The notes under the pieces: model-generated | The model's input: the letters and a program-made list of their open reading frames with translations, nothing else | What the model was told of the DNA's origin: nothing | Databases searched by the model: none | Made by a program: the position numbers and the translations under genes | Shown: in pieces, positions 55,092 through 64,000 of the stretch | Layout: each line of letters begins with the position of its first letter | Numbering within the stretch: position 1 is the stretch's first letter | Source of the DNA: Methanomassiliicoccales archaeon | GTDB lineage: Archaea > Thermoplasmatota > Thermoplasmata > Methanomassiliicoccales > UBA472 | DNA: 64,000 bases | NCBI GenBank assembly: GCA_026394395.1 | Contig: JAPKYK010000005.1 | Span: forward strand, 65,500-129,499 | Reading direction: 5' to 3'

Positions 55092-56084
55092 TCAGACGGT
55101 CACCCGCAAGTTCAGGTTCAGGCTCTGCACCTGGTTCTCCACCGCCCCGATGATCCGCTCCTCGGCGGAGGTCCCGGCGTAATCGCTCATGGGCGTAGGC
55201 GCGAAGGGCAGGGTCGGAACGCCGTCCTGATACAACAGGAACCACAGCTTATAATTGCCCTGCACGGTCACGTTGAACTCGTAGAGGCTCTCCCACTGCG
55301 CCTGCCACTCACCCTCCAGGTCCACGTCGGTATGGTTCAGGGTGACGGTGAGGGAATCGAAGTAGTACATCTTGTGGACCTGCGTCACATTGTCTACGAA
55401 GGTCATGTTCACCAGCCAGAGCTCCACGGTGTACTCCACGGTCCGATGCTCATGGTTGGCGATGCCGATGATGACCGAGGCGTCCTGCCCCACGGTCAAG
55501 TTCCGCGGATAGCCTTCCGCCATTCCGCCCGGTCCCAAGATGTAGAACTCGGTGAAGCTCTCCCCCTCCCGCGGGACGGCGATGACGTAGGCCAGGGCGG
55601 CGACCGAGGATATTATGGATATCACCAGTATGACGGTAAGGATGCGGTCCACGCCCTTCTCCGCCCTGAACTTCTGAACGTTGCCTTTGATGGTCTTGGA
55701 CAGGTCGATTGGCAGGTAGGGCGACGCCGCCTTCTCGCGCCGGTAAAGGCCTCCGGCGCTCAGGGCGACGATCAGCGCCGACAGGGAGAGCAGGATGGGT
55801 GCCAGGCGGATGCCGAAAGGCGTGTAGTTGAGGCCAAAACCCACCAAGGGAGATATGGCGATGCTGAGGCCGAAAGACAGCGCCATCCGCTCGATGATTT
55901 CCAGGTCCTTGTCCTCTGGGAAGAGTACCGACAGGGCGGCGTATCCCGGGAAGAAAAGAATGAACGGCAGGCCTATGACCACCCTGAGCAGGCTGTCCGG
56001 CAGGAGATAGATGATCAGGATGAGGAGGATGGACAGGGACAAGATGGTCCACAGGTCCCAATCCCTTTTGGGCTGCAGCTTCAT
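55092..56084 (-). CDS. DUF1616-like membrane protein with extracytoplasmic C-terminal domain
   Basis: WDLWTILSLSILLILIIYLLPDSLLRVVIGLPFILFFPGYAALSVLFP...ERMALSFGLSIAISPLVG matches my recollection of archaeal DUF1616. Confidence 0.65.
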   Translation of the reverse strand: MKLQPKRDWDLWTILSLSILLILIIYLLPDSLLRVVIGLPFILFFPGYAALSVLFPEDKDLEIIERMALSFGLSIAISPLVGFGLNYTPFGIRLAPILLSLSALIVALSAGGLYRREKAASPYLPIDLSKTIKGNVQKFRAEKGVDRILTVILVISIISSVAALAYVIAVPREGESFTEFYILGPGGMAEGYPRNLTVGQDASVIIGIANHEHRTVEYTVELWLVNMTFVDNVTQVHKMYYFDSLTVTLNHTDVDLEGEWQAQWESLYEFNVTVQGNYKLWFLLYQDGVPTLPFAPTPMSDYAGTSAEERIIGAVENQVQSLNLNLRVTV

Positions 56085-56175
56085 CGGATACGGGGAAAGG
56101 GTTGGTTATTTAACCATTTTCGCTGTCGAATCGTTCGACCAGTTATTAATATGGAGAGTCTCATCCTCCGCTGCC

Positions 56176-57000
56176 ATGGCTCTGAGCGAACTGTTCGAAC
56201 TCGAGGAAGTACGGCTGGTGGAACGGTCCGTCGAGGACCTCACCAACGAATCGTTACTTGTCCACATGCTAAGCGGATCGAACGAGGTGCGGCTGCTCGT
56301 CGACGATGAAGAAACTCCCTTGGCCATGGCTCGGGAGGACGACGGCTGGAAGGCCGTCAGTTTCCTCTGGAAGGAGCCTTCGGACGAACTGATCGAAGCG
56401 CTGCCGGAGCTGGACATAAAGGTCTTCATGTGCACAAAGGGCATCTACCGTGAGGCCATATTCGACCACTTCTGCCGATCGCTGATGAACGAATGCCAGC
56501 CAGCCATCGAGGACCTTCCGGAGGACCGGGTCAAGAAGGTATCGGACCTCATCTGGAAGGAGTGGAGCTTCAAGCCGGGCGACCTGTGCTACGACTGCTG
56601 CTGCGGGTCCGGCGTGGGCAGCCTCGCCCTTACCAAGGTGGGCCTGAGCTCCTTCGCCTTCGACATGGACAAGGAGCTGCTCTGCCGAGGGCTGAGCGAA
56701 GGCCGGTTGCAGACCTGGAGCACTGTACAGCTCGACGCCTCCAAGGCCTCCGAATATCTGGACCGTGTCCCTTTCGCCATCATGCTCATGGCCGGGGACA
56801 TCAATACGGTGAACGCCTGGACCTGGCAGAGGATATTCGAACAGGTGCTGTTGCTCGCCGACAAGGTCCTGGTCACCGTGGCCTCCGAGGAGGAGGCGGA
56901 GCTGCTGAGGAAGTGGTCGGAGGGGAAGGGGAGGGCGTGCCGGGTGTTCGAGAACCCGAGGGACGCTTTCTACGATCGCTGGGTGTGCTCCATCAGCTGA
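56176..57000 (+). CDS. class I SAM-dependent methyltransferase with an N-terminal extra domain
   Basis: Motif I is DLCYDCCCGSGVGSLAL, followed by FAFDMD. I prefer the start MALSELF at 56176, because the ORF-track start at 56011 overlaps DUF1616. Confidence 0.7.
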   Translation: MALSELFELEEVRLVERSVEDLTNESLLVHMLSGSNEVRLLVDDEETPLAMAREDDGWKAVSFLWKEPSDELIEALPELDIKVFMCTKGIYREAIFDHFCRSLMNECQPAIEDLPEDRVKKVSDLIWKEWSFKPGDLCYDCCCGSGVGSLALTKVGLSSFAFDMDKELLCRGLSEGRLQTWSTVQLDASKASEYLDRVPFAIMLMAGDINTVNAWTWQRIFEQVLLLADKVLVTVASEEEAELLRKWSEGKGRACRVFENPRDAFYDRWVCSIS

Positions 57001-57069
57001 AATGTGAAAGCGGTAATAGAAATACCAAGCGTTATCTATGAGGTATTTGATTTTCTACCAGGTGTTTAA

Positions 57070-57777
57070 TTGACCGACTACGCCAAGTGCTCCCAGGTCC
57101 TCATGGACGTGCTGGAGCTGAAGAATGAACCGGTGGCGGTCACCCTGGTCAAGAAGGGTCAGCCGCTTCCTGAGGGCTATCAGGTCCCGGAGAAGAGCAT
57201 CCGTCATTGTCAATCGATAATGCGGGCGAGGAAGGGAGAGATGCTGCTGCTCACCGGCGAGAAGCACGCCTGCCACGTCGGCGGCTCTGCGCTAGGCATC
57301 GTCCCCATCCCGGAAAAGGTCAAGACTGGCGAGTTCCACTACAACATAGGTATGTTCGATACCGTCGCCGCGGCCAAGAGGATGATCGATGAGCGGCCGC
57401 AATTGGAATGCGGGAGCGTAATTGCCACGGCTATCTCTCCCCTGAGCAAGACGCAGATCGCTCCGGACGTAATCATCGTAACCGGCACCCCGGAGCAGAT
57501 GTATTGGCTGCTACCAGTGGCGGCCAAGTTCTTCGAGGGCGGAAAGATGACAGTGGAGCTGGAGCCTTTCCAGGCCACCTGCGCCTATGCCACCGTATAT
57601 CCATACTTGTATGATACCTTGCACATGTCCATAGGCTGCTACGGTTGCCGAAAATCAACCGACCTCGAGCCATCGGAGATGCTAGTGGGCATACCGGCCA
57701 CCAAATTGGAATCGGTAGTGAAGGCATTGGAACGCCTAAAAGCCCCCCGGGAGAAAGGCAAGATAAAAACGGGTTGA
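57070..57777 (+). CDS. DUF169-family protein
   Basis: ...LELKNEPVAVTLVKKGQPLPEGY...IRHCQSIMRARKGEMLLLTGEKHACHVGGSALG...PDVIIVTGTPEQMYWLL...ATCAY...SIGCYGCR fits the DUF169 pattern. The start codon is TTG. Confidence 0.7.
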   Translation: MTDYAKCSQVLMDVLELKNEPVAVTLVKKGQPLPEGYQVPEKSIRHCQSIMRARKGEMLLLTGEKHACHVGGSALGIVPIPEKVKTGEFHYNIGMFDTVAAAKRMIDERPQLECGSVIATAISPLSKTQIAPDVIIVTGTPEQMYWLLPVAAKFFEGGKMTVELEPFQATCAYATVYPYLYDTLHMSIGCYGCRKSTDLEPSEMLVGIPATKLESVVKALERLKAPREKGKIKTG

Positions 57778-57885
57778 AGTGATCCTCAGCTCAAAACTCC
57801 TTTCTATTTTTTCATCTTTTCTGAACATAAGTCCATATATATTACATAATAATGAGTAATTCGCAAATATTTTGCAGGCTAGGCC

Positions 57886-58371
57886 ATGGACACCATTGAC
57901 CTGAAGATCCTCAGGATGCTGCGCAAGAACGCCCGTGAAGGGCTCAGCGCCATAGCCGAACAGCTCGGGGTGTCCAAGGCCACGGTCAGCAGGCGCATAA
58001 CCCGCCTGGAGAAAGATGGTTACGTCAACGCCTACACCATGCAGGTGAACACGGCCAAGATCGGCCTCATGCGCGCCCTCATCGGCCTGCAGATCGTGGG
58101 AGTGCCCCTTGCGGTGGTCATCGACGAGCTGAAGAAATACCCCGGGATCCAGTACGTCTACAAGGTGTTCGGGGACCATTCGCTCATCTGCGAGATCTAC
58201 TCCACCAGCGTGGACAGCCTGTACGACCTCATCCAGGACAAGATCGTCAACATTCCCAACGTGCAGCGGGTGGAGGTCGACATTATCATCGAACGCATTC
58301 CCATCAACGAAGATGCCATGTTCGACCTGGCCATTCCCATGGCGGCGAGCGAGGGCGGGCTGGAGAATTAG
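57886..58371 (+). CDS. Lrp/AsnC-family transcriptional regulator
   Basis: MDTIDLKILRMLRKNAREGLSAIAEQLGVSKATVSRRITRLEKDGYV plus a C-terminal RAM-like domain. Confidence 0.85.
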   Translation: MDTIDLKILRMLRKNAREGLSAIAEQLGVSKATVSRRITRLEKDGYVNAYTMQVNTAKIGLMRALIGLQIVGVPLAVVIDELKKYPGIQYVYKVFGDHSLICEIYSTSVDSLYDLIQDKIVNIPNVQRVEVDIIIERIPINEDAMFDLAIPMAASEGGLEN

Positions 58372-58412
58372 AACCGAAGTTTTAATGTTCGGTCGGGCGG
58401 TTAACCCCCTCC

Positions 58413-59606
58413 ATGGAGCTAAGACCGGCCCCCAAGACCTACACCAAGGACGGGCACCGCGCCGTCGACCCGAAAACTACTTTGAAAAGGGTTGAGCCGA
58501 TGCTGTCCAAGGCCGGCATCACCCGGGTAGCGGACATCACCGACCTCGACCGCATCGGGATCCCTGTCTTCTCGAGCATCCGGCCGGGAGCCAAGGAAGG
58601 CGCCATATCCATCTACAATGGAAAGGGGGCTAGCCGAGAGCAAGCCCGCGTTTCGGCCATCATGGAGGGCATGGAACGCTATTCGGCCGAACCGCAGGAC
58701 GAGAAGGTCCGGCGGGACCTCATGGAGAACATGCTGTCCTCCGAGAACGCCGTAGACCCCCGCACCCTCATCCTCCCCCAGATGATCAACATGCATGTGC
58801 ATTTTCAACCCATAGCCTGGGTCAAGGGCTACGACCTGATCGAGGGCGAGGATATATGGGTGCCAGCTGCGGCTGTCTTCCATCCTTACGAATCGAAGAA
58901 GGACCTTCAGCTCTTCCGCAGCAACACCAACGGATTAGCTTCCGGGAACAACATGGAGGAGGCGGTGCTGCACGCCATGTGCGAGGTGATCGAGCGCGAC
59001 GCCTGGTCCATCTGCGAGGCTAAGCGTCGTCCGAGGGGCGAGATATTGGTCGAGAAGGACTGCCCGGTGGTGAGCGAACTAATGGAAAAGTTTCGTTCAC
59101 AGGGCGTGGAGATCCATCTGAAGGATCTGACCAGCGATATCGGTATACCAACCATAGCCGCGGCCGCCGACGACGTGCGCATGAAGGACCCCGCCCTCCT
59201 GAACTTGGGTGTGGGGACGCATCTCAGTCCGCGGGTGGCGGCCATAAGGGCGTTGACGGAGGTGGCCCAGAGCCGCTGCACACAGATCCACGGCGCGCGG
59301 GAGGACACCACCAAGGCCGACCTGAACCGGACGGTGGGCTATGAGCGCATGAAGCGCCTGAACTCCATGTACTTCGCACCCTCGGAAGAGGTGCGGATGT
59401 CGGAGTTCCCGGAATATGACACAAAGGACCTACTGGAGGACATCGAGGTGGTCCTGGACCACCTGGTCGGATTGGGATTCGAAAAGGTCATCGCCGTGGA
59501 GCTGACCCGGCCCGAGCTGGGTGTACCGGTGGTGCGCATGATCATTCCCGGGATGGAGATTTACGCCATGGACATGGACCGCATGGGGCCAAGGCTGGTG
59601 GCATGA
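58413..59606 (+). CDS. ycaO: YcaO-family ATP-dependent amide activator (McrA thioglycine-forming type)
   Basis: 397 aa. ...VADITDLDRIGIPVFSSIRPGAKEGAISIYNGKGASREQARVSAIMEGMERYSA... It is translationally coupled to tfuA and lies directly upstream of mcr. Confidence 0.9.
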   Translation: MELRPAPKTYTKDGHRAVDPKTTLKRVEPMLSKAGITRVADITDLDRIGIPVFSSIRPGAKEGAISIYNGKGASREQARVSAIMEGMERYSAEPQDEKVRRDLMENMLSSENAVDPRTLILPQMINMHVHFQPIAWVKGYDLIEGEDIWVPAAAVFHPYESKKDLQLFRSNTNGLASGNNMEEAVLHAMCEVIERDAWSICEAKRRPRGEILVEKDCPVVSELMEKFRSQGVEIHLKDLTSDIGIPTIAAAADDVRMKDPALLNLGVGTHLSPRVAAIRALTEVAQSRCTQIHGAREDTTKADLNRTVGYERMKRLNSMYFAPSEEVRMSEFPEYDTKDLLEDIEVVLDHLVGLGFEKVIAVELTRPELGVPVVRMIIPGMEIYAMDMDRMGPRLVA

Positions 59607-60238
59607 CCCGGCCAGTGGTGTTTTTGGGGCCAAGTTTGTCTCTGGACGAGGCCAGAAAGGTCTTGGACGCCGACTACCGCCCTCCGGTGAAGCGGGGGGA
59701 CCTGGGACAGCTGGAAGACGTCAAGATCGTCGGCATCATCGACGGGGTGTTCCTACAGAGCTGCGCTGTAGGGCACCGGGAGATACTGGCGCTCCTGAGG
59801 AAGGGAGTGACGGTGATCGGAGGGGGCAGCATGGGCGCCCTTCGGGCTACGGAGATGCACGATTACGGGATGGTCGGAGTGGGCCAAATCTTCGACATGT
59901 ATTCCCAGGGCGAGATAGAGGGGGACGACGAGGTGGCCTTGGTGTTCGACCCGGAAAGCCTGGAGCCGTTGTCCGAGCCTATGGTCAACATACGTTTCGT
60001 GCTGAACGAGGCTGTGCAGGTTAAAGTTATATCCACAGAGCAAAAGGACGACCTCCTGAGAAAGCTGCGGTCCGTATACTATCCCCGGCGCACGGTGAGG
60101 ACGTTCCTGAGTATCGCCATGTCGACCTTGAAGGGTGAGGATACAATACGGTTCACTGACTTTTTTAAGGATAATTACCGAGATATTAAAAAGCAGGACG
60201 CAATAACCGTCCTAAAATCAATCAAAAAGCGAGTCTAA
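59603..60238 (+). CDS. tfuA: TfuA-like protein (YcaO partner)
   Basis: VVFLGPSLSLDEARKVLDADYRPPVKRGDL...IVGIIDGVF...VGHREILALLRKGVTVIGGGSMGALRA. It overlaps ycaO by ATGA. Confidence 0.9.
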   Translation: MTRPVVFLGPSLSLDEARKVLDADYRPPVKRGDLGQLEDVKIVGIIDGVFLQSCAVGHREILALLRKGVTVIGGGSMGALRATEMHDYGMVGVGQIFDMYSQGEIEGDDEVALVFDPESLEPLSEPMVNIRFVLNEAVQVKVISTEQKDDLLRKLRSVYYPRRTVRTFLSIAMSTLKGEDTIRFTDFFKDNYRDIKKQDAITVLKSIKKRV

Positions 60239-60390
60239 ACGACGATTCGATTTAATATTCGTTCATCACAAAAAAATTAACGAACTTAATTATTGTTTAT
60301 ATTTAATATTTTGAATTTTAAAAAATTTTTGGGCGTTAAAACGAGTGCGTTTTCATCTGGGAAAGTACAAAAATTAAGCTATTGTTTAAC

Positions 60391-60411
60391 ATGGATGGAT
60401 AATCCATCCAT
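60391..60411. promoter_or_regulatory. perfect 21-bp palindrome ATGGATGGAT-A-ATCCATCCAT upstream of mcrB (contains ATGGAT-N5-ATCCAT)
   Basis: Read directly. The arms are 10 bp. The centre at 60401 is ~19 bp upstream of a TATA-like TTATATT (60420-60426) and 127 nt upstream of the mcrB ATG. Confidence 0.6.
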
Positions 60412-60419
60412 CATCAAGC

Positions 60420-60426
60420 TTATATT
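60420..60426 (+). promoter_or_regulatory. TATA-like element (TTATATT) of the mcr operon (candidate)
   Basis: It is an AT-rich heptamer ~100 nt upstream of the mcrB ATG. A second AT-rich candidate exists at ~60296-60310. The TSS is unknown. Confidence 0.3.
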
Positions 60427-60527
60427 CTAACGCAACCTTCTCGAGTCCGCAAGGGGAGCCGGTTTTCTTGAGTGCAATGCAAGCGCATCTGCTCGAGAGG
60501 ACCGAGTTATTGAAAAGGAGGTAAAAA

Positions 60528-61859
60528 ATGGCAAAATACAAGGACAAAGTGGACTTGTATGACGACAGAGGCAAACTGATTGAGAAGGATGTGCCTCTCG
60601 AAGCAATAAGTCCGTTAAACAACGCCGCCATTAAGCGAACCATCTCTCTGACGAAGAGGACGATCGCAGTCAACCTCGAGGGTATTGAGAAAGGTCTCAA
60701 GACCGGAGCGGTTGGCGGATTGAACATCAACAACAGAAAGCTGGACCTCGCAGTAGTGGCGAACGCTGGCAAGTTGGAAAAGTTGATCAGGGATAAGATC
60801 AAAGTCTTGAAGGACGACGACACCGAGATCAAGACCTTGGCGGAAGGCAAGAGAATGATCGTTACTTGCCCCTCGGCCAGGATCGACTCGGGTGCTGAAT
60901 ACACCACTGGATTCACCGCCGTCGCTGCCGCGGTCACTGAGGCCATCATCGACACGTTCAACGTGGACATGTTCGAGGCCTCGATGGTCAAGGCCGCAGT
61001 CTGGGGGAGATATCCGCAGACCATCAACATGTTGGGATCGAACCTCAGGACAATCCTGGACGTTCCCCAGCTAAATGAAGGTACCGGTTACGCCCTCAGG
61101 AACATCACGGCCAACCACATAGTAATGCTGACCGACAGGAACGCCATGAACGCTGCCGCCCTATCCGCTATCTACGAGACCGTCGCGGCCTACGAGATGG
61201 GAGATGCGATCGGCAACTTCGAGAGAACGCACCTGTTGTCCCTGGCTTATCAGGGCCTGAACGCCAACAACCTGGTCTACAGCTGGGTCAAGGAGAACGG
61301 CAAGACCGGCACCGTCGGTGATGTCGTCGCCTCAATGGTTGGCAGGGCTTTGGAAGACAAGGTCATCAGGAAAGGAAAGAAGTTCCCATCCGGATTCGTT
61401 GAATACAACTGCACTGACTTCCCGCTGTGGAACGCATACACCTCCGCTGGTATGCTGGCGGCAATCTGTGTGAACATCGGGGCCGCAAGGGCCGCGCAGG
61501 GTATCCCGTCCACCATCTTGTACTACAACGACCTGGTAGAGCACGAGACCAGCCTGCCCGGTGTAGACTATGGCAGGGCCATGGGTACATCCGTCGGTAT
61601 GTCCTTCTTCAGCCACTCCATCTATGGTGGTGGCGGTCCGGGACTGTTCCACGGAAACCACGTGGTCACGAGACATGCGAAGGGAACCGTCAATCCCGTC
61701 ATCGCCGCCGGGTGCGCCTTGGACGCTGGTACCCAGTACTTCAGCGCTGAGAACACCTCCCTGGTAATGAAGGAAGTGTTCGGTACCGTCCCAGAGTTCA
61801 ACAGCCCGATGAAGATGGTCGGTAAGGAGGCCAAGAAGTGGAAGGAACAGGGTGCTTGA
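60528..61859 (+). CDS. mcrB: methyl-coenzyme M reductase beta subunit
   Basis: [60 protein letters not shown]... is full-length McrB (443 aa). The SD is AAGGAGGT. Confidence 0.97.
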   Translation: MAKYKDKVDLYDDRGKLIEKDVPLEAISPLNNAAIKRTISLTKRTIAVNLEGIEKGLKTGAVGGLNINNRKLDLAVVANAGKLEKLIRDKIKVLKDDDTEIKTLAEGKRMIVTCPSARIDSGAEYTTGFTAVAAAVTEAIIDTFNVDMFEASMVKAAVWGRYPQTINMLGSNLRTILDVPQLNEGTGYALRNITANHIVMLTDRNAMNAAALSAIYETVAAYEMGDAIGNFERTHLLSLAYQGLNANNLVYSWVKENGKTGTVGDVVASMVGRALEDKVIRKGKKFPSGFVEYNCTDFPLWNAYTSAGMLAAICVNIGAARAAQGIPSTILYYNDLVEHETSLPGVDYGRAMGTSVGMSFFSHSIYGGGGPGLFHGNHVVTRHAKGTVNPVIAAGCALDAGTQYFSAENTSLVMKEVFGTVPEFNSPMKMVGKEAKKWKEQGA

Positions 61860-61860
61860 A

Positions 61861-62283
61861 ATGAATAAGCCTGCCTCAGAAGAGGTACCCCTGCCCGAGA
61901 TCAAAATATTCCCGGAGCGATTGTTGCTGGCGGACACCACGGAGGTACTGTTGAACAAACTGTACGCCGTGAAGAACGTCAGAAGGATCAACGTTCAAGG
62001 CGAGGGCCTGCCCGCTATAATGAAGGCCGGTCCCGGCACTGGTGGTCCGGTAAATCATCCGGAGCGTAAGATGATCAAGGTCAAGGGAGAGGATTTGGAG
62101 CTTACGGTTCTAGTCGGTAACATTTTCGTTGAGATATGTGACATCGATTTTGTTCCCCAGGCTCTGAAAGACATCGAAGTGGTGTGCAAAGATGTACTCC
62201 CCTTCAGTTTCACTCTGGAGGTAGGCAGATATTCAAAGTTCAAGCGAACTGTATCCGATTATCAAAAAGGATTGGTGAATTAA
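61861..62283 (+). CDS. mcrD: methyl-coenzyme M reductase operon protein D
   Basis: ...[38 protein letters not shown]...[21 protein letters not shown] prefer the ATG at 61861; the alternative is a GTG at 61852 that overlaps mcrB. Confidence 0.9.
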   Translation: MNKPASEEVPLPEIKIFPERLLLADTTEVLLNKLYAVKNVRRINVQGEGLPAIMKAGPGTGGPVNHPERKMIKVKGEDLELTVLVGNIFVEICDIDFVPQALKDIEVVCKDVLPFSFTLEVGRYSKFKRTVSDYQKGLVN

Positions 62284-62284
62284 C

Positions 62285-63067
62285 ATGGCTAAGACAAAGT
62301 ACAAAGCACAATTCTATCCTGGCACCACCCTGCCCGCCAAGAACAGGCGACGCTTCATGGACCCCAGCGTAAAGCTGGAGAAGCTCCGCGACATTCCGAT
62401 GGACGATGTGGTCAAGATCTTGGGTCACAGGACCCCCGGTTCCGACTACGCCACCATCCACCCGCCGCTGGACGAGGGCAACGAGCCCAAGTGCCCCATC
62501 AGGGCCTTGGTCGAGCCCATAGAGGGTGCGAAGAAAGGAGACAGGATCAGGTACGTTCAGTTCACTGACTCCGTATACTGGGCCCCCATAATCCCCTACG
62601 TGAGGGCGCAGATGTATATGTGGAGATACAGAGGAATTGATACCGGTACCCTGTCCGGAAGGCAGATCATCGAGATGAGGGAGAGGGACGTCGAAAAGGT
62701 GGCCAAGGAACTCATCGACAACGAAACCTTTGATACCGCAAGAACCGGCATCAGGGGTGCCACCGTGCACGGCCACGCCGTAAGGTTGGACCAGAACGGT
62801 TTGATGTTCGATGCCTGGCAGCGGTTCCGCTGGAACGCTAAGAAGGGCGAGGTCGAATACGTGAAAGACCAGGTCGGTGTCCCGCTGGACAAGCCGGTCC
62901 CGGTCGGAAAGCCTATGCCCGAGAAGTGGTTGAAGGAGCACACCACCATGTTCCGCGCCGACGGTGTGGACATGAGGGAGGACGAGGAGGTCATGAGACA
63001 GAATCTCAGGATACACACCCTCAGAACCAAGTGCGGCTTCAAGCCCTTCGATGTCAAGGAGGACTAA
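62285..63067 (+). CDS. mcrG: methyl-coenzyme M reductase gamma subunit
   Basis: [58 protein letters not shown]..., 260 aa. Confidence 0.97.
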   Translation: MAKTKYKAQFYPGTTLPAKNRRRFMDPSVKLEKLRDIPMDDVVKILGHRTPGSDYATIHPPLDEGNEPKCPIRALVEPIEGAKKGDRIRYVQFTDSVYWAPIIPYVRAQMYMWRYRGIDTGTLSGRQIIEMRERDVEKVAKELIDNETFDTARTGIRGATVHGHAVRLDQNGLMFDAWQRFRWNAKKGEVEYVKDQVGVPLDKPVPVGKPMPEKWLKEHTTMFRADGVDMREDEEVMRQNLRIHTLRTKCGFKPFDVKED

Positions 63068-63069
63068 AT

Positions 63070-64000
63070 ATGGCGAAGGAAAAAGAGAAGATGTTCATCG
63101 CCGCCATGCACAAGAAGTTCACGGAGGACCCTACGGAGGTCCGCTCCCAACACTATTCCTACGGAGGCTGGAGACAGTCGAAGAGGAAGCGGGAGTGGGT
63201 CGAGCAGGCGAACAAGATCGCCAAGGCCCGTGGAATCCCCATGATGAACCAGGATGTCGGTGTCGCTCTCGGCCAGAGGGTTTTGATGCCCTACCAGCTG
63301 TCCCACACTGACATCTACGGCGAAGCCGATGACTTGCACTGGGTAAACAACGCTGCAATGCAGCAATGCTGGGACGACATACGCAGGACCGTAATCGTCG
63401 GTCTGGACGTCGCCCACAACGTTATCGAGAAGAGGCTGTCGAAGGAGGTCACCCCTGAGACCATCAACCGCTACCTGGAAGCTGTTAACCATACCATGCC
63501 AGGCGGTGCAGTGGTTCAGGAGCACATGGCCGAACTTTGCCCTGAGTTAGTGAAGGACTCCTACGTCAAGGTGTTCTCTGGCGACGACGAGTTGATCGAC
63601 GAGATCGACAAGTGCTTCGTCATCGACATCAACAAGGAGTTCCCCGCGGACCAGGCCAAGCAGCTGAAGGCCGCTGTCGGCAAGAAGCTGTGGCAAGTAG
63701 TGCGCGTCCCGACCATGGTTGGACGTGTGTGCGATGGAGGTACCATATCGAGGCATTCTGCGATGCAGATCTCTATGGCCTTCATCACCGCGTACAGGCT
63801 GGCTGCCGGTGAAGCGGCAATCGCCGACTTCGCCTTCGCCGCCAAGCACGCCGCGATGGTGGAAATGGGTACCATGATGCCCGCCAGGAGGGCCAGAGGC
63901 CCCAACGAGCCCGGTGGAATTCCGTTCGGTGTGCTGGCCGATATGGTTCAGAGCACCAGGACCAAGCCGGACGACCCTGCCCGCGCATCCCTAGAGGCTG
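63070..64000 (+). CDS. mcrA: methyl-coenzyme M reductase alpha subunit (N-terminal ~310 aa; truncated by window end)
   Basis: My translation from the ATG at 63070 is [24 protein letters not shown]...[28 protein letters not shown]... It contains the conserved [11 protein letters not shown] segment. The thioglycine site lies beyond the window. Confidence 0.97.
   Translation, partial: MAKEKEKMFIAAMHKKFTEDPTEVRSQHYSYGGWRQSKRKREWVEQANKIAKARGIPMMNQDVGVALGQRVLMPYQLSHTDIYGEADDLHWVNNAAMQQCWDDIRRTVIVGLDVAHNVIEKRLSKEVTPETINRYLEAVNHTMPGGAVVQEHMAELCPELVKDSYVKVFSGDDELIDEIDKCFVIDINKEFPADQAKQLKAAVGKKLWQVVRVPTMVGRVCDGGTISRHSAMQISMAFITAYRLAAGEAAIADFAFAAKHAAMVEMGTMMPARRARGPNEPGGIPFGVLADMVQSTRTKPDDPARASLEA

Noticed and set aside
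58605-58621. ATCCAT-CTACA-ATGGAA inside ycaO, which has the operator half-sites in the opposite (everted) order.
   Set aside because: It is inside a coding region, the orientation of the half-sites is reversed, and one arm is imperfect. It is most likely coincidence.
60436-60500. Possible long-range stem in the mcrB leader: CCTTCTCGAG (60436-60445) pairing with CTCGAGAGG (60492-60500).
   Set aside because: CTCGAG is self-complementary, so two copies pair trivially. If transcription starts ~25 nt after the 60420 TATA-like element, the 5' arm would not be in the RNA. The TSS is needed first.
1-64000. Search for in-frame TAG (pyrrolysine) methylamine methyltransferase genes, CRISPR arrays, IS elements or integrases, and rRNA.
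   Set aside because: No adjacent same-frame ORF pairs split by a single TAG with MtmB/MtbB/MttB-like sequence were seen. No regularly spaced direct repeats were seen. No transposase or integrase-like translation and no rRNA-like segment were seen. The inspection was by eye only.

Overview
This is a 64-kb chromosomal segment of a high-GC methanogenic archaeon. The gene content suggests a methyl-reducing, Methanomassiliicoccales-like lineage; that is inference, and no rRNA is present to confirm it. I call about 70 protein genes and one tRNA-His. I saw no rRNA, CRISPR array, transposase or integrase.

The left ~38 kb is mostly housekeeping:
- Fe-S assembly: Mrp fragment, sufBC.
- Corrinoid and heme steps: hemD, a flavoprotein and cobO.
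- Acetate activation (acs).
- An ABC-2 exporter.
- A glycan and cell-surface set: wecB, flippase, galU, ugd, GT4, epimerase.
- RNA and DNA functions: rtcB, PUA protein, RecJ-like nuclease.
- sepF and argF.

The right ~26 kb is methanogenesis-related:
- An orphan corrinoid protein and a Cys4+wHTH regulator.
- A six-repeat membrane protein and a HyuA-like ATPase.
- A CxC permease/thioredoxin/DGC trio.
- An MtaA-type methyltransferase and a second URO-D-family methyltransferase.
- A split COG0523 GTPase.
- RamA with an MBL-fold protein, and a soluble MtrA/MtrH pair.
- SAM-MTase, DUF169, Lrp, YcaO and TfuA, then mcrBDGA with mcrA cut by the window end.

The most notable observations are:
1. The palindrome ATGGAT-N5-ATCCAT occurs twice just upstream of the orphan corrinoid gene. 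It occurs once more, extended to a perfect 21-bp palindrome, upstream of mcrB. The proximal corrinoid site and the mcrB site each sit ~20 bp before a TATA-like element. This suggests a shared, undescribed operator linking methyl transfer and MCR expression.
2. The methyl-transfer island has every role of a substrate:CoM methyl-transfer system. It has no characterised methanol or methylamine MT1, so the substrate is unknown.
3. A membrane protein is built from six tandem 2-TM modules with strictly conserved E-30-Q-12-W spacing.

All functional calls come from reading the supplied translations. No database search was run.
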